Below, piece after piece: positions 38,101 to 50,273 of a stretch of 64,000 nucleotides of DNA. Below the pieces are notes generated by a model that worked only from the letters and a program-made list of their open reading frames with translations, was not told the DNA's origin and made no database searches. Source of the stretch: Podarcis vaucheri (taxonomy: Eukaryota). A program made the translations under genes and the position numbers. The DNA is taken from the NCBI GenBank assembly GCA_965113315.1, contig OZ220376.1; one strand, given 5' to 3'. The number at the start of each line of letters is the position of its first letter. The stretch's first letter is position 1.

Positions 38101-41100
38101 TTCCTGGTACCCACAGAAGTCAAGACCTGACACTCGGGCTCTCTTTTACCCTCAGTCACAAGGGCTTCCTCTTCTCCCTCCACTCCTACCAAACACTTCC
38201 AACGAGGATTCCTGCCAGATTGTGCCCCAGAGAAGCACAGTGCAGCAGTCCAGCATTCACCCATCCCTTGCAGTGCAGGAAGCAAGGTGAGCTGGGAGGG
38301 CATCTGAGTAGGAAGCATTGGTGCATGAGATTACAAACGCTGCACCAAATTTTTATGAGGTTTGATTTGTCCTGCAGAAGTTGCCATTTGGGGGTTGGAT
38401 ATGAAAGGATTGGCATTCATAAGCCTTACATTCCGCTCTTCACACACACACGTATTGTAGTCCTTGTTTCTTTGAATTTGCTTCAGTGCCTTGATTTTTT
38501 TAATTTGAAAAGGCTCCTTCACTGCAGGATCCCAGCCAGTCAGGGTTCACATAGTGAACTTGTTAATGTTGCAGCACCGGCTTAGTCAGTCAGGGCAGCA
38601 ACACCCTCACTCTACATACAAGTGGAGAAGGAAAAGAGGCTCATCTCCCTTGTCCTGTATAATTGGACCAGCATTCCTTTCCTTGCTTCACTGGTGGCTT
38701 CATTGGACACCAGCCCCCCAAAGCAATAAAGCTGTAACAAAATAGAGTGGCTGTCTCTATATCCAGCTATATGATTTGCAAAATATATCCAGTTTTTACA
38801 AAAACACTGGGAAATAGTTGCAATTATATGATATCCCTGTGCAATAATGTTGCAGATGCAGCCTTTGATTAGATTTGGTTACAGGAAAGATTGTGTATTT
38901 CTAGCTAGTTGTTTGTTCCCTTTTACTGTATTTTTAAAAATATTCCTCTTCTGTCTTTTTATATAGTGGGAATCCCAAGCTACCCAAATGCAGTTATCTT
39001 CCCTTTAACACCACTAGAGGAAGTCCTTGAAGTGATGTATCCCCTGCCTACTATTAAAACTTTGTAGTTGCATAAATTATCTGACCACCAAGGTTGGTAA
39101 CTAAATTTGCAATATGTACAGTGCTTACAAGTAATAGTTTTCAACTCCTAGGTGCCGTGGTGTAATTACAGGACAGAGGAGCCTGTTTTTATTATTATTA
39201 TGAAGGCCACTTCATCAAGTGACAGGAATCAGCAATGGAACCCCTTAGGTCAGAGAAAAGAGTCCTTTGCTATCTTGCTCCATCTTTGCATGTAAACATT
39301 TCTAACTGATGTGGCAGAATTAGGGTGTGGAACTGAGTGCTAGAAACAGCTCTTCCCCCAACCCCTCAGAGTTTATACAGGCCTGCAGGCTGTTAGAAGA
39401 GTCTTTGTGGCAGGACAATGTTCTCCATACCAGTGTATAATGATTTCTGATCACACAATGCCACCAGAATGAAAAGACTAAACTTAAATCCCAATCTTTT
39501 AAAATCTGTGAATTATGTTATAATTAATCAACTGATACATTCAGATCCGATCATTGCTGTTGTTGGTGTTTGGTTTTAGGGTTTTTTATTTGCTTACGCT
39601 AGTAAAACGTGTTATCAGCTTGAACTAAAAACATAAGAAAACAGAAAAATAGCCACACTTGCTGTTGTCCCTTTTTGGACTTCTCTACGAGATCAGATTT
39701 GTGCAACTGAAACCCAGCCATGGCTGTGCAGCCACTTCATTGTGCATTAGTATTGCCTGCATAGTGAAGCTGTAGGCTGATTGATTCCTCTCAAGCAGTT
39801 AGACTTATCTGCAGCACATGATAAGGTTACTTTTTCTCTATTGTTTATTATCTGTGCCCTTTCCTTCAAGATAAATATTCCAGCGTGTCATAATGAAAGA
39901 CAAAACAATCACTTAAAAATACAGCCACATTAAAACTTAAACAAAAGCAGCATAAGACAAATTTGACAAGGAGTAAATCTGCTGAAAGGTCTGTGAAAAT
40001 AAACAAGTATTTCCCTTGACACCAGGAAGGTAAGGCAGAAATCAGGCAAGCTTACCAGTTGAGAGTGTTCAATGGTAGGGGGCCACCACAAAGAAGGCCC
40101 TTTTCCCAGAAGCCACCCACTGTCTGAAAGGGTTTTCCACATTCACTGAAAGTTGAAAGCTGTTTTCCCTGAATGAAGGACACCACCATTTCCCCATGTG
40201 TCATTTGGTAATATTTACGAAGATCCATGTGCCAATATTTGAACTGATAGAGAAAAGTCAACACTTACTTGTTAATCTAGGACATAGTCCTCAGGGGGGA
40301 TTCCTCCTACGCAAGTCCCGGTGAGAAGAACAATGTTTGCCTTCAAGTCCCTTAATGATACATCTAAAAAGATAAAAATAAACATTCAACTGGAACAGGA
40401 TGGATTGAATTGGCAGTTACTAATTGCAGAAGGACAAAGATGGGCATTTCCCCTTTGCGTTAAAATAAACCCTGTCCATGATGGGTCTACATTTCTCATT
40501 GGGTAATATAAATATTAAATAAATGTCTGTACAATGCTATGCCTTTGAAAAAATATTCCTGAGTACAAATTTAGGGCTGTGGGATGATTCTCTTACTCTG
40601 TAAGGGATGTAGTAATGGGATTGGTCCACCTTTAAAGCATTCCTAAAATGGGTGCATCTATGGCTATGAAGCATTTTCTGTTTCATAGGGGACTATGAGA
40701 AACTGGTTTGTGTGTGTCCAGGATTTGTGGGAGGAGCTCCTGATCTTTTTTAAAAATAACTCCAGAACCACTTTTTCATTTGTAGAGTTGCCGAAATTAC
40801 GTCTTAAGTATTTCTGCTTAAGAGAGCCTATGCCGAACAGCTCTTAATTGGATTTTCATGGTGATTGACAACATTTCATTATGACAGTAACTTTCTTTGG
40901 CTAGATTGCCACAAACCTTGTTTGGATTTTCTCTTTCACTCCTCCCCACCCCCACCCCCAGTTCTCCATCAAAGCTCATTTTTATCCCTGAATTCCCGGT
41001 GGCGCAGTCGCAATTGTGAAAGAGCCTTTTAGCACCTTTGTTGTCTCCATCCCTGGTGGTGATTGGACCCAGCTGGTTGTAGAGAAGAGAATGCCCTTCT

Positions 41101-42434
41101 CACAAAGCGACTCTGTCTCCTGTCTCCGCAGTTTCAATAATTTTAAGAGCTCCGAAACCTGTTGAGGATTCGAAGTAGCTTTAGATGTGGAATGAGTGTT
41201 AAGTATTAGTTATCGGGAGATTAGGGCCCTGGGGACGGCGGGAGATAAACAACCACAATTAAGGCAAAATCTGCCATAGTAAACAAAATTTAGCTGAAAC
41301 AGATGCCCCGACCCATTTGGGGGGATTGATTTGAGGGTGACGAGGAATCGATTTTTGTCTCATTTACACTTTGCAAAACCCCATCGTGATAAGCTGGGAG
41401 GATAAATATTTCATACACTCCTGATTTTAGTTAATTTTTTCCCTTCCTAGCACCTCACAGTGGGTCTGCTCTCTGCTAACGGTGACCAGGCCTAAGTTTA
41501 TCCTGCATTCACACGGAGCAACTAATTGGCTATGAAGGGCCCCTGTGTTTAAATGGGCTTGACAGGAATTTAAATTTTGCTTCAATCAACCTCTGTGTTT
41601 GCAGCCTGCTCCACTTTCTAATTTTTAAATTAAACATTGATTTTAAAGAAAGAAATACAAAGAAGGCAGGCTCAGGCTTCGCTTCTCTTAAGTCCCTTGT
41701 GTTTTTTACCTTCCATTGAAGGTAAGGCAGCCAGCACCACAAAGGTAGTGTTTCTTAAAGCAAATGCAAGAGAAGAAAGATGGGGACACCTCTGCAGACC
41801 TGCCCCCATGTTAGAGGAGCACAATTAGAATTTGGGGCTTAAATATTGGAGGGGCTGGTGATTTAGATAAAAGTGTGTAGTTCCTTAAAATGTGGTGAGC
41901 CAGCTCCACTGTGTTTGGGGCCCCTGCTGCCTGCTCATTCAGTTGGAGGGCCCTGGGTTTCTGCCTCCATGACCCATTTGTGTGCTTGCCAGAGGCAACT
42001 GGTTGGCCATTGTGGGAACAGGATGCCAGACTAGACAGGCTTTCAGCCTGATCCAGCCGCCAAGATATTATCTCACTGGAAGAGGTGCTGGTACACAAAG
42101 TTCTTAACACACACACTGGTAATTTTGAAATAATAATGAAGTGTAACTGGTGCTTTTACTGCCCAGAGAAAGCAACTTCCCAAGTAGCATGTTTTTTTTG
42201 TGTGTGTTTTTGGCTGTGTTCCAGTCTGCGCTGATCCATTCTCTCCCTCACTCAAATGCTTCGTCTTCTGCTGCTCCTGAGACAATAACATTAGTGTGGT
42301 GATCCAGATAGCCAGTGTTTCCCCCCAACTGACCTGGCCTAATCTGCCTTTGCAATTTGGAGAGCTGTATTTGACTTCTCCGGAAGTAACCTTAAATTGT
42401 AATCTTGTAAGAATTCCAGCATTGTATCCTTCAC

Positions 42435-42638
42435 NNNNNNNNNNNNNNNNNNNNNNNNNNNNNNNNNNNNNNNNNNNNNNNNNNNNNNNNNNNNNNNNNN
42501 NNNNNNNNNNNNNNNNNNNNNNNNNNNNNNNNNNNNNNNNNNNNNNNNNNNNNNNNNNNNNNNNNNNNNNNNNNNNNNNNNNNNNNNNNNNNNNNNNNNN
42601 NNNNNNNNNNNNNNNNNNNNNNNNNNNNNNNNNNNNNN
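42435..42638. other. Assembly gap (204 N)
   Basis: Run of N. Confidence 1.
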
Positions 42639-43036
42639 GTGGATATCAGAACATTTGAAGTGTGGGGATGATTAATGTTTGCAGCGATTTTGTGGGAGAG
42701 ATTTTAAAATGGCAACTCTGGAAGCCTCATCTTGAGCTTTCCATACAATTCAAAGCTATTGCCTCTCATGTACACTAATGAACATTTTAATTACAGTGTG
42801 TGACAGGGCACTGAACCGTGCAAGAGGCCACCTTCACCATTTTAAAATGGCAGTGGAAGGAAGCTGGTGGATCTCTGGCTGCTAAGAGCATTCCTATTAG
42901 TCTGAAAAATGGCAAGACATCCAGTCTTCTGAAGAATGTTGTGTAACCAAAAAACTTGCAGTTTGACTTTTTTGCACATTGAGAAAAGGGTTGTGTCTCA
43001 TGTGCTCTTTTTCTGCATTACTACCAGTTGCTGGAA

Positions 43037-43390
43037 AGGGAAGCGGGTGGCGCTGTGGGTTAAACCACAGAGCCTAGGGCTTGCCGATCAGAAGGTTGGT
43101 GGTTCGAATCCCCGCGATGGGGTGAGCTCCCGTTGCTTGGTCCCAGCTCCTGCCAACCTAGCAGTTCGAAAGCATGAGGTGCAAGTAGATAAATAGGTAC
43201 CGCTCTGGCGGAAAGATAAACGGCGTTTCCATGCACTGCTCTGGTTTGCCAGAAGCGGCTTCATCATGCTGGCCACATGACCTGGAAGCTGTATGCTGGC
43301 TCCCTCGGCCAATAAAGCGAGATGAGCGCCGCAACCCCAGAGTCAGCCATGACTGGACCTTATGGTCAGGGGTCCCTTTACCTTTACCCT
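43037..43390 (+). mobile_element. Full-length Sauria SINE
   Basis: tRNA-like head with B-box ggttcgaatccc, conserved body, (ACCTTT)n tail; 15-bp TSD taccagttgctggaa at 43022-43036 and 43391-43405. Confidence 0.95.
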
Positions 43391-43392
43391 TA

Positions 43393-43544
43393 CCAGTTGC
43401 TGGAAGCCACAGGAGGGGAGAGGGCTCTTGTGCTTGGGTCCTGCATATGAGTCCCCCATTAGGGCTGGCTGGCTACTGTGAGAACAAGATGCTGGACTAA
43501 ATGGGCCATTAATGTGCTCTAGCAAAGCTCTTCTTTTGTTCTTA
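43393..43544 (+). mobile_element. CR1-type 3' end fragment (host of the Sauria SINE)
   Basis: ggctactgtgagaacaagatgctggactaaatgggcc...gctcttcttttgttctta; same family as 26789-26972 and 52634-52779. Confidence 0.6.
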
Positions 43545-46222
43545 CCATGGGCAAGCTCAGCAAAGAAACCCTCTTCATTGAACCAAGAACCATTGAAGTC
43601 TGTTCTTGGCTGTGTCGTCATACCTGATACCGCTGACTTTTACTCCTGCCGTTGGTACTGTTTAACCTTTGTGTCATGTCGGCTGGGCAATAGAGATGCA
43701 TGCAAGGTGCAGAAGTGAGATGGACCTGCCCCAGTCACATTAAGAGAGCAGTTGGGAACTGACAGTGAGTCATGGAGATGTTTGGAGGAAGTCTAGGGGC
43801 AGTGACAAAGTGAGGCTCAGGAAACAAATTGCTAAAAATATTTTGGATTTTGAGGAAGGGCTTGAATGATGAGAAGTGGCTTGATGAACAAAGTGTGTCC
43901 TGACATGTTATAGCCAGATGGAGCAGGATTTCAGAAGCATAGAGACAGAAGTTTGGAGAGGACGTAGCGGCAGGATGTTGACAACAGATCAGCTGGTGAA
44001 AGTCGCTGCCATCAGAGGTGCCTCCAAGGCAGTAGCAGAATTTACTCCTGCATGTCCGTAGTGAACATTCAGATTTGTATCAGGAGCCCTTTCACAAGAG
44101 GTCCAACCAACTAATCAAGAGAGAATGAAGACCAACTGCTATTGGCAGCTTAGCAGGAAAGGACAGTAGTGATAAAAATGTGTCAGGATTAAGCCAAAGA
44201 ATCTTGATGGCGACTTTCAGGCAGAGAGGACCCAGTGAGCGCAATGTTTTGTTAAATGAAAACTGTTTACGCTGCGCCATTGCACAGAAACCACTTAAGT
44301 CTCATTTTTAAATACCTCCAGATAAAGCTGCTCTGTTCTTCTTCTTTTTCCAGTGAGAAGTCTCACAATTGCATGCTAAGCTGTGAGAAGAACCTTTTTA
44401 CCAATCAGGCCCTGTAGCCATATTTATTTTATCTCTTTGCTTTCCTCCTGTGCAGGCACTATGTGTTTTCCTCTCTCTTTTTCCTCTGTGCTGTCCTGAC
44501 TGGCGTCCTGACCAGCGAGCGTGCAGTGCCCCCAGCCCTAATGTGCCGTTAACGATAGGTTAATGTACAGTATAATGTTTGCCGGGCTCTGGGTTCATTA
44601 CACTTCTGAGTGCAAGGTCTTTCTGCAGAGTGCCCATGTTCCCATTGCATTATATCATGCAATAAAAACACCCTTTTAATATCACACACTAATAAACTGT
44701 ACTTGAAGTGCCATCTGAGGGCACCGCCATCCTTCCTAATAAGGTGGCCTCCAAGTAGAACAGTTAGGATCTTCCATTTTATTTTATTGTTCTGGATTGA
44801 GATGCTTCCTGCATTTAATGGAAATGCCATTGTCCCCTTTGCTCTGATATGATAGGTAAATTGTCAGCTCAGTTTTTGCCTTTGCTCAGCATTTATTGGC
44901 AATTGTTAGTCCTGTTTTCAAAGCCCACATAGCCCATGTAAACCACTGGGTGTCTTTGGGAATGTCAAGAACTCCTCAGTCGGGCTTTTGATAGTGTGAA
45001 GACTGTGGGATTGTATAGCACCCCCCCCCCTTCAACAAATGCAGAGTGGTTGACATATCCAGGACCTATGTTCAAGATGCTGGCTGTGACCTTTTAAAGT
45101 CTTAAGCAGCTTGTTCCACCCTAGCTAAGGGAATGCATTTCCCTAAATGAGCGCCCACATCCTTTATGAAATGGGGGGGGGGACCCTGCTCTAGATTCCC
45201 TTACATAGAGAAATGCAATCTGCTTGGCTTAGAAGCAGGGCCTTCTTTTTGGTGACTCCAGCCTCGCCCTGAGGTCTGACTGATGTGGGGGGTATTTTAA
45301 GACGAACATCAAGGGAAGACCTTTCTTTTGTAGGCACACGGTTGGTTTACCCTCCATTTTGTAATAAGTCTCCAATTTTACACGTGCAGGTTTTAATAAA
45401 GGTGCTTTGAATTTGCTATGATATGTAATAAACACTTTGGTGTTTCAAATTAAGCAAATGCTGCATTTGCATGTTTTAGTCCAAATGTTTAGTTTCATGT
45501 ACAGATTAGTCCCTTCTATAAAAATACTGAAGATGCAAAAAAGAAGGAAAGATAGTAATCTACAATGTAATAAATGCAAATATACAGAAAGGAAAGCATT
45601 TTGAATGAACTGTCAATAAGAATAAAAGCAGCAGCAGCATCCTTGAATAAAGCCAACTCTCATCCAACACCAGACGCCAGGAAAAGCTGTTGCACATGAA
45701 AATGTTTTATCCCACGGGCCAAAGTCATGCCAGGTGGGTGCCTCCAGGTGACCTCTCTTAGCTCCTGGAAGGCAGAAAATGGAACAGCACAGTGTCACTT
45801 TGTTGGTAATATTTCATGTTTGGGAAAGTTCATCCACAGGCAGGGCAGAGAATTAAGCATTGATGTTCCCTTGGGGAAGTATAACACCCAAGGGTAGGGA
45901 GAAACCCAAGGAGGCAAAGAGTCCGTAGTGGGTTACTTGGAAGTCATTACTAAACAAAGTCAGATAGTTTGAGCTATATCATTCACATCTATCAATAGGT
46001 GTTCATCTTTGAAAGGGTTAATCTTCCTGCAGAAGCCCAGTGGCTTAAAAAAAGGCAGCCCTTCTCAAGAAAATGAGATGTGACAAGTTCATTTAAAATG
46101 CCCGGTTTGTCATTGTTTATCTCATTTTCAGAGTTGGCAGAGAAAATTAGGCTGGCTGACACTCACCCACATCCATCCCCAGGCCTCTCCGACCTGACCT
46201 TTCCCTGGACTGAATCTCTTAA

Positions 46223-46223
46223 C

Positions 46224-46258
<35 letters not shown>
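46223..46258. repeat. Compound (CA)n(GA)n microsatellite
   Basis: Read directly. Confidence 0.85.
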
Positions 46259-46259
<1 letters not shown>

Positions 46260-46709
46260 ACGAGAACTTTCCCCAGAGTCTTTTTAAGTTGTTCTAAATG
46301 AGGTGTTTGGGCCATCACTCTGTCTAGGCTTTGATCCCAGGGTAAACGAGAAGACTTTTTTTAGGGGAGAAATTGCAATATTTTTATCTACTTGAATGTG
46401 GCTTGGCAGAATAATCAGTGTGTGTTGCTACCTTGTTCTCAGTGTAGTGAGCGTGCCCATTTTCTATGTGTAAGAACTTAGTGGCCAAGGGGAATGGTAA
46501 CAAGATGGGCAGAAGTGAATGGGACACATATTTCTTAACAAATATTTAAGTCTTTAGCTGTATAGCATCCTTTCTTCCTAAATCTCCCTGTTGTCCTGGA
46601 ACTACTATTAGCAGACAACCTATAGGTGATGTTTCTCCTCTTAGTGCTAGGAGTTATATTCCACCCAACACTGTTTTCTTGGTTTGGATCAGGTGATGGT
46701 ACAACAGAA

Positions 46710-46838
46710 CATGAATGGCTAACCTGTGGTCTTCTATATATTATTCAACTACAAGTCCCATCAACCCCAGCCACCCATCAGGGCCGAGGGGAGTTGTGGT
46801 CCTCCAACATTTGGAGGGCCACAGATTCCTCATCCATG
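46710..46838. mobile_element. Short hAT-like MITE (decayed, 17742 family)
   Basis: actacaagtcccatcaaccccagcc...gggagttgtggtcctccaacatttggagggccacag. Confidence 0.6.
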
Positions 46839-46927
46839 TCTCAGAACTTTTGCAGCAAGAAAACTGGGCAGAGCTTAGTTACAGTAAGAGGAGGAGCCAT
46901 CCTTGTAAATTAAGCCAATTTTTTATA

Positions 46928-47142
46928 CAGTGGTACCTCGGGTTAAGTACTTAATTTGTTCCGGAGGTCCGTTCTTAACCTGAAGCACCACTTTAGCAAA
47001 TGGGGCCTCCAGCTGCTGCTGTGCTGCCGGAGCACAATTTCTGTTCTCATCCTGAAGCAAAGTTCTTAACCCGAGGTACTATTTCTATTTCTGGGTCAGC
47101 AGAGTCTGTAACCTGAAGCGTATGTAACCCGAGGTACCACTG
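46928..47142 (-). mobile_element. Tc1/mariner (Tigger-like) MITE, copy B, inverted relative to 36593-36818
   Basis: Same TIRs, TA TSD on both sides; interior is the reverse complement of copy A. Confidence 0.9.
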
Positions 47143-47638
47143 TATATATTTTCAACCTGTCATGTGTTGCAGTCATGTGCTGGAGCTGAGTGGTGGCTCA
47201 GTTCAAAGGCATAAAGAGGAGCCAAGATGAGAGGAGGTTGGGACCAGAGTACTGAACAACAAGGGAGCTGGCTCACCAGTCACTTTAAAAAAAACCCCTG
47301 TTGTACCAGCAGAGATCAGTGGGTTTCAACTCCTACAGAGTCTGCATTCAGGGGCTTTCTCTCCTCAGGAGTAACATTATGGAAAGGAAGGCTTTGTGCT
47401 AGCAGGTGGGAACTTCACCTTTAGTGTAGGCTAGATTGACTAGGTTTCTGAAGATGGAGCTGGGGGGAGATTAAGGAGAGAGTAACGGATCTAGCAGGCT
47501 GCACTAGAGGCAACAGGGCAAGCTCAAAATGTAAATGGCATGGATTTGGGCCATGTGAAAGTAGAGTGGAGGGCTAGGAGATTAAGATTAGGAAAACGAA
47601 ATTGAGAGTTACCCGTTTCAAACCAGGGAGAAGGAGGA

Positions 47639-47779
47639 GAAGCTTTCTCTCAGAGGCTCACAGTGACTTGGGGGGGGGGTAGAATTAGGGTTGAATGCCA
47701 AGAATACTCTCTGAGTATTCTTGGCATTCAACCCTAATTCTACCCCCCAGGTCACTGTGAGCACCTGAGAGAAAGCTTC
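47639..47779. repeat. Near-perfect long inverted repeat (about 70-bp arms, 3-nt loop)
   Basis: Arms 47639-47709 and 47713-47779; inner 36 bp perfectly complementary; loop tct. Confidence 0.95.
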
Positions 47780-49329
47780 ACCAAAATGAATTGTTGGTGG
47801 TCTGGCACATCAGCTATTGGACAAATGGATGCCTCTGGCTACCCAGAAACAAGAGAAAAGGCTGTGATGGGGAACCGTAAGCAGACAAGACTTCATAGGG
47901 TCCCCTTGAACCCTGCATGGTGTGGTTCCCCGTGCAAGCAACCGGGGTCCTCCTTGAACCCTCCCAAGCCCTCTACAGGTTTTTGAAATAAGTTTTTCTT
48001 AACATGCAAAGGAGGTCACAGGGATGGGCACCCTAGCTCTGCTCCCTCACTGTTTTCATTTCAGAGGGCAACCTTCTGAAATGGGGAGCTACTCAGGAGA
48101 AGCCTGAGCCCAATAGAAGAGGACAGCTGGTTACACCATATTCCTTCTGTTGTGCTGCCTAATAAGCCTTCCACTTTGCTCAGCCACATGCAGAGCAAAG
48201 TGTTAGGAATCAAGGCACTAGCAGGAACACTTGGGGTTAAGCAAGGCAAAATGGTCTTGGTAGCACTTTAGGTAACAGGGCTTGCGGTGAGGATCCTCAT
48301 CCTCCTGAGGAAGGCTGCTCTGAATCCAGCTCCAGAGACTGATGGGTCTTGACCCCACACCAAGCAGATAATTCAAGGTCACCTCTTGTTTGAGGAAGTG
48401 TTTGCTACAAGAGAAAACACATTTCAAGCTTCTGTGCATTTACATTTCTGCAACATTACCTTGCAAAATGAAGGGAGTCAATAGAGGGATATTTAAGTAC
48501 CAAAGGTTTGCTGCCATCTGGTTTTGGACCAATATTGCTCAGGGATAAAGTAGATCCCATCGATGCCAGCAACGTTCATTTGTTGCTGAAATGCGCAAGG
48601 AGCAAAATCCTGTTGGAATGCACATCTTTCCTCCTCCCTTTTTCCCATTATGTCCTTCCCTGCTTTTGTGTGCCTTGTGTATTTGTTTCTTCTTTCCTTA
48701 GGAATGAGAGTGTCTGGTTAACAAATGGGTTCTGTCTCTTTCTAACAGCCTGGAACTTCATTATACCTGCACAAACTGCCAGCTCCATTTCTGATGTAGT
48801 TGGCTTGCTTCTTCCCCCACCCCCCACTTCATTCCCCCCTCTAGCTGTATCTCTGGTTACCTCCTACCGTCTCCCTTGTCTTCCGCCTCAGTGGAATCCA
48901 TTCAACAGTGGGGAAAACACTGAAGCAAGTGTTTTGGTCTGCCTTTTTCTTTCTGCCTTTCTAGCATCCTTACCTCCAACCTCTGCTTTTGCTTTCTATG
49001 ACTCTACCCACTTGGAAAAAGACTCTTCCTTATGTCTAGGACCACTCTGGCATGCAAAACTTTATGACGTCCCCCAAAAGCCTACAAATCCCTCCAGATC
49101 TACAGTTTTGCAAATGCTGCTGAATTCATCTTGTGCTATCGTCTCCCTATTGCTTCTACATCAGCTTCAAATTTGTGGTTAGGAATGTATCTTTATTTTT
49201 ATTATTATTATTATTGGCAACAACACCCGTTTCCATGTTACTACCAGTGCCGTCTAACCTTTGTTTATACCCAGGAGTGTGAGACCGGATCTAACAGTTC
49301 TGAAAATGAGAGTTGGGTTTGTATATACA

Positions 49330-49769
49330 GAACTTTGGTCCATCTAATTCAGTATTGTGTGTACCAGCGGTTCCCAAACCCCCGCCCCCCCCAATAAACC
49401 ACTTGAAAAGCCAAGCTGGTGGTCTTGGCAGACTATTTAATGATTTTTCTGCCTGTCGTAGGCGTTGTATTACAATTCAAATTCAATGGAATTACAATAA
49501 AATAAAATATAAGAAAGAAAAGAAGCAATAAAATACTATCAGTTATCAATGTGAATATTTAGTGTGATGGATGTGCCATCTCCCATCTTCAAGCACAGAT
49601 CACACAATGAACCATTGGTGGTCCATGTCTGGAAACCCCTGATCTACGCTGCAGTAGTTGTCCAGAGTTTCAAGGGAGAAGCTTTCCCCAGCCCTACCTG
49701 GAAATGCCAAGGATAAAGCCTGGCATCTTCTGGATGCAAAGCATGTACTCCACCCCTGAGCTATAGCTT
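49330..49769 (-). mobile_element. Squam3-like SINE interrupted by a hAT element
   Basis: ggtccatctaattcagtattg | insertion | ...ccagccctacctggaaatgcc...gatgcaaagcatgtactccacccctgagctatagc. Confidence 0.7.
49365..49641. mobile_element. Non-autonomous hAT (Charlie-like) element nested in the SINE
   Basis: Ends cagcggttcccaaac / gtctggaaacccctg; TSD decayed. Confidence 0.65.
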
Positions 49770-49779
49770 ACCTCCAAAG

Positions 49780-49938
49780 GAATGTGGGAAGCTACTGTAT
49801 ATTAGACCAGGTTCTGATTGGTGTTAGCTCTCCAGGTCTTTCCTATTGCCTGCTCTGTGATCCTTTCTTAACTGGAGGTATCGGGGATTAAACCAGGGAC
49901 CTTCTGCATTTTTTATCACCGTGCTCAGACCCTTCCCC
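49780..49938 (-). mobile_element. Squam3-like SINE (decayed)
   Basis: ttaactggaggtatcggggattaaaccagggaccttctgca. Confidence 0.6.
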
Positions 49939-50027
49939 ATGGGAAGTTTCTATAGATTGGGGTGGCATGAACAGTAAGTAAATGCTTGTTTTTGAAGCTA
50001 TTCCCCACCACCACCCAAAACCAATTA

Positions 50028-50273
50028 CCATATTGGCCCTAATATAAGCCGCACCTTTAAAATTCAGGGGGGGGGAGGGAGCAAAGACAATACCCAATTA
50101 TAAGCCGCTCCCTTAAAATTCTGCAGGCACCCACACCCATTCCGTTTTACCGTAAGTCTGTTTCAGCAGCGATATTGGAAAAGCCAAATTTTGCAAGGTC
50201 GCGAATTTAAGTCGCGCTTTAACTTTTCACGGAATTTGGAAAAGAAGTGTGGCTTATATTTAGGCCAATATGA
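50028..50273. mobile_element. Tc1/mariner (Tc2/pogo-like) MITE
   Basis: 27-bp TIRs ccatattggccctaatataagccgcac / gtgtggcttatatttaggccaatatga; TA TSD on both sides. Confidence 0.85.

Noticed and set aside
48508-49182. 224-aa ORF
   Set aside because: Non-ATG start, composition reflects pyrimidine-rich intron, no recognisable domain.
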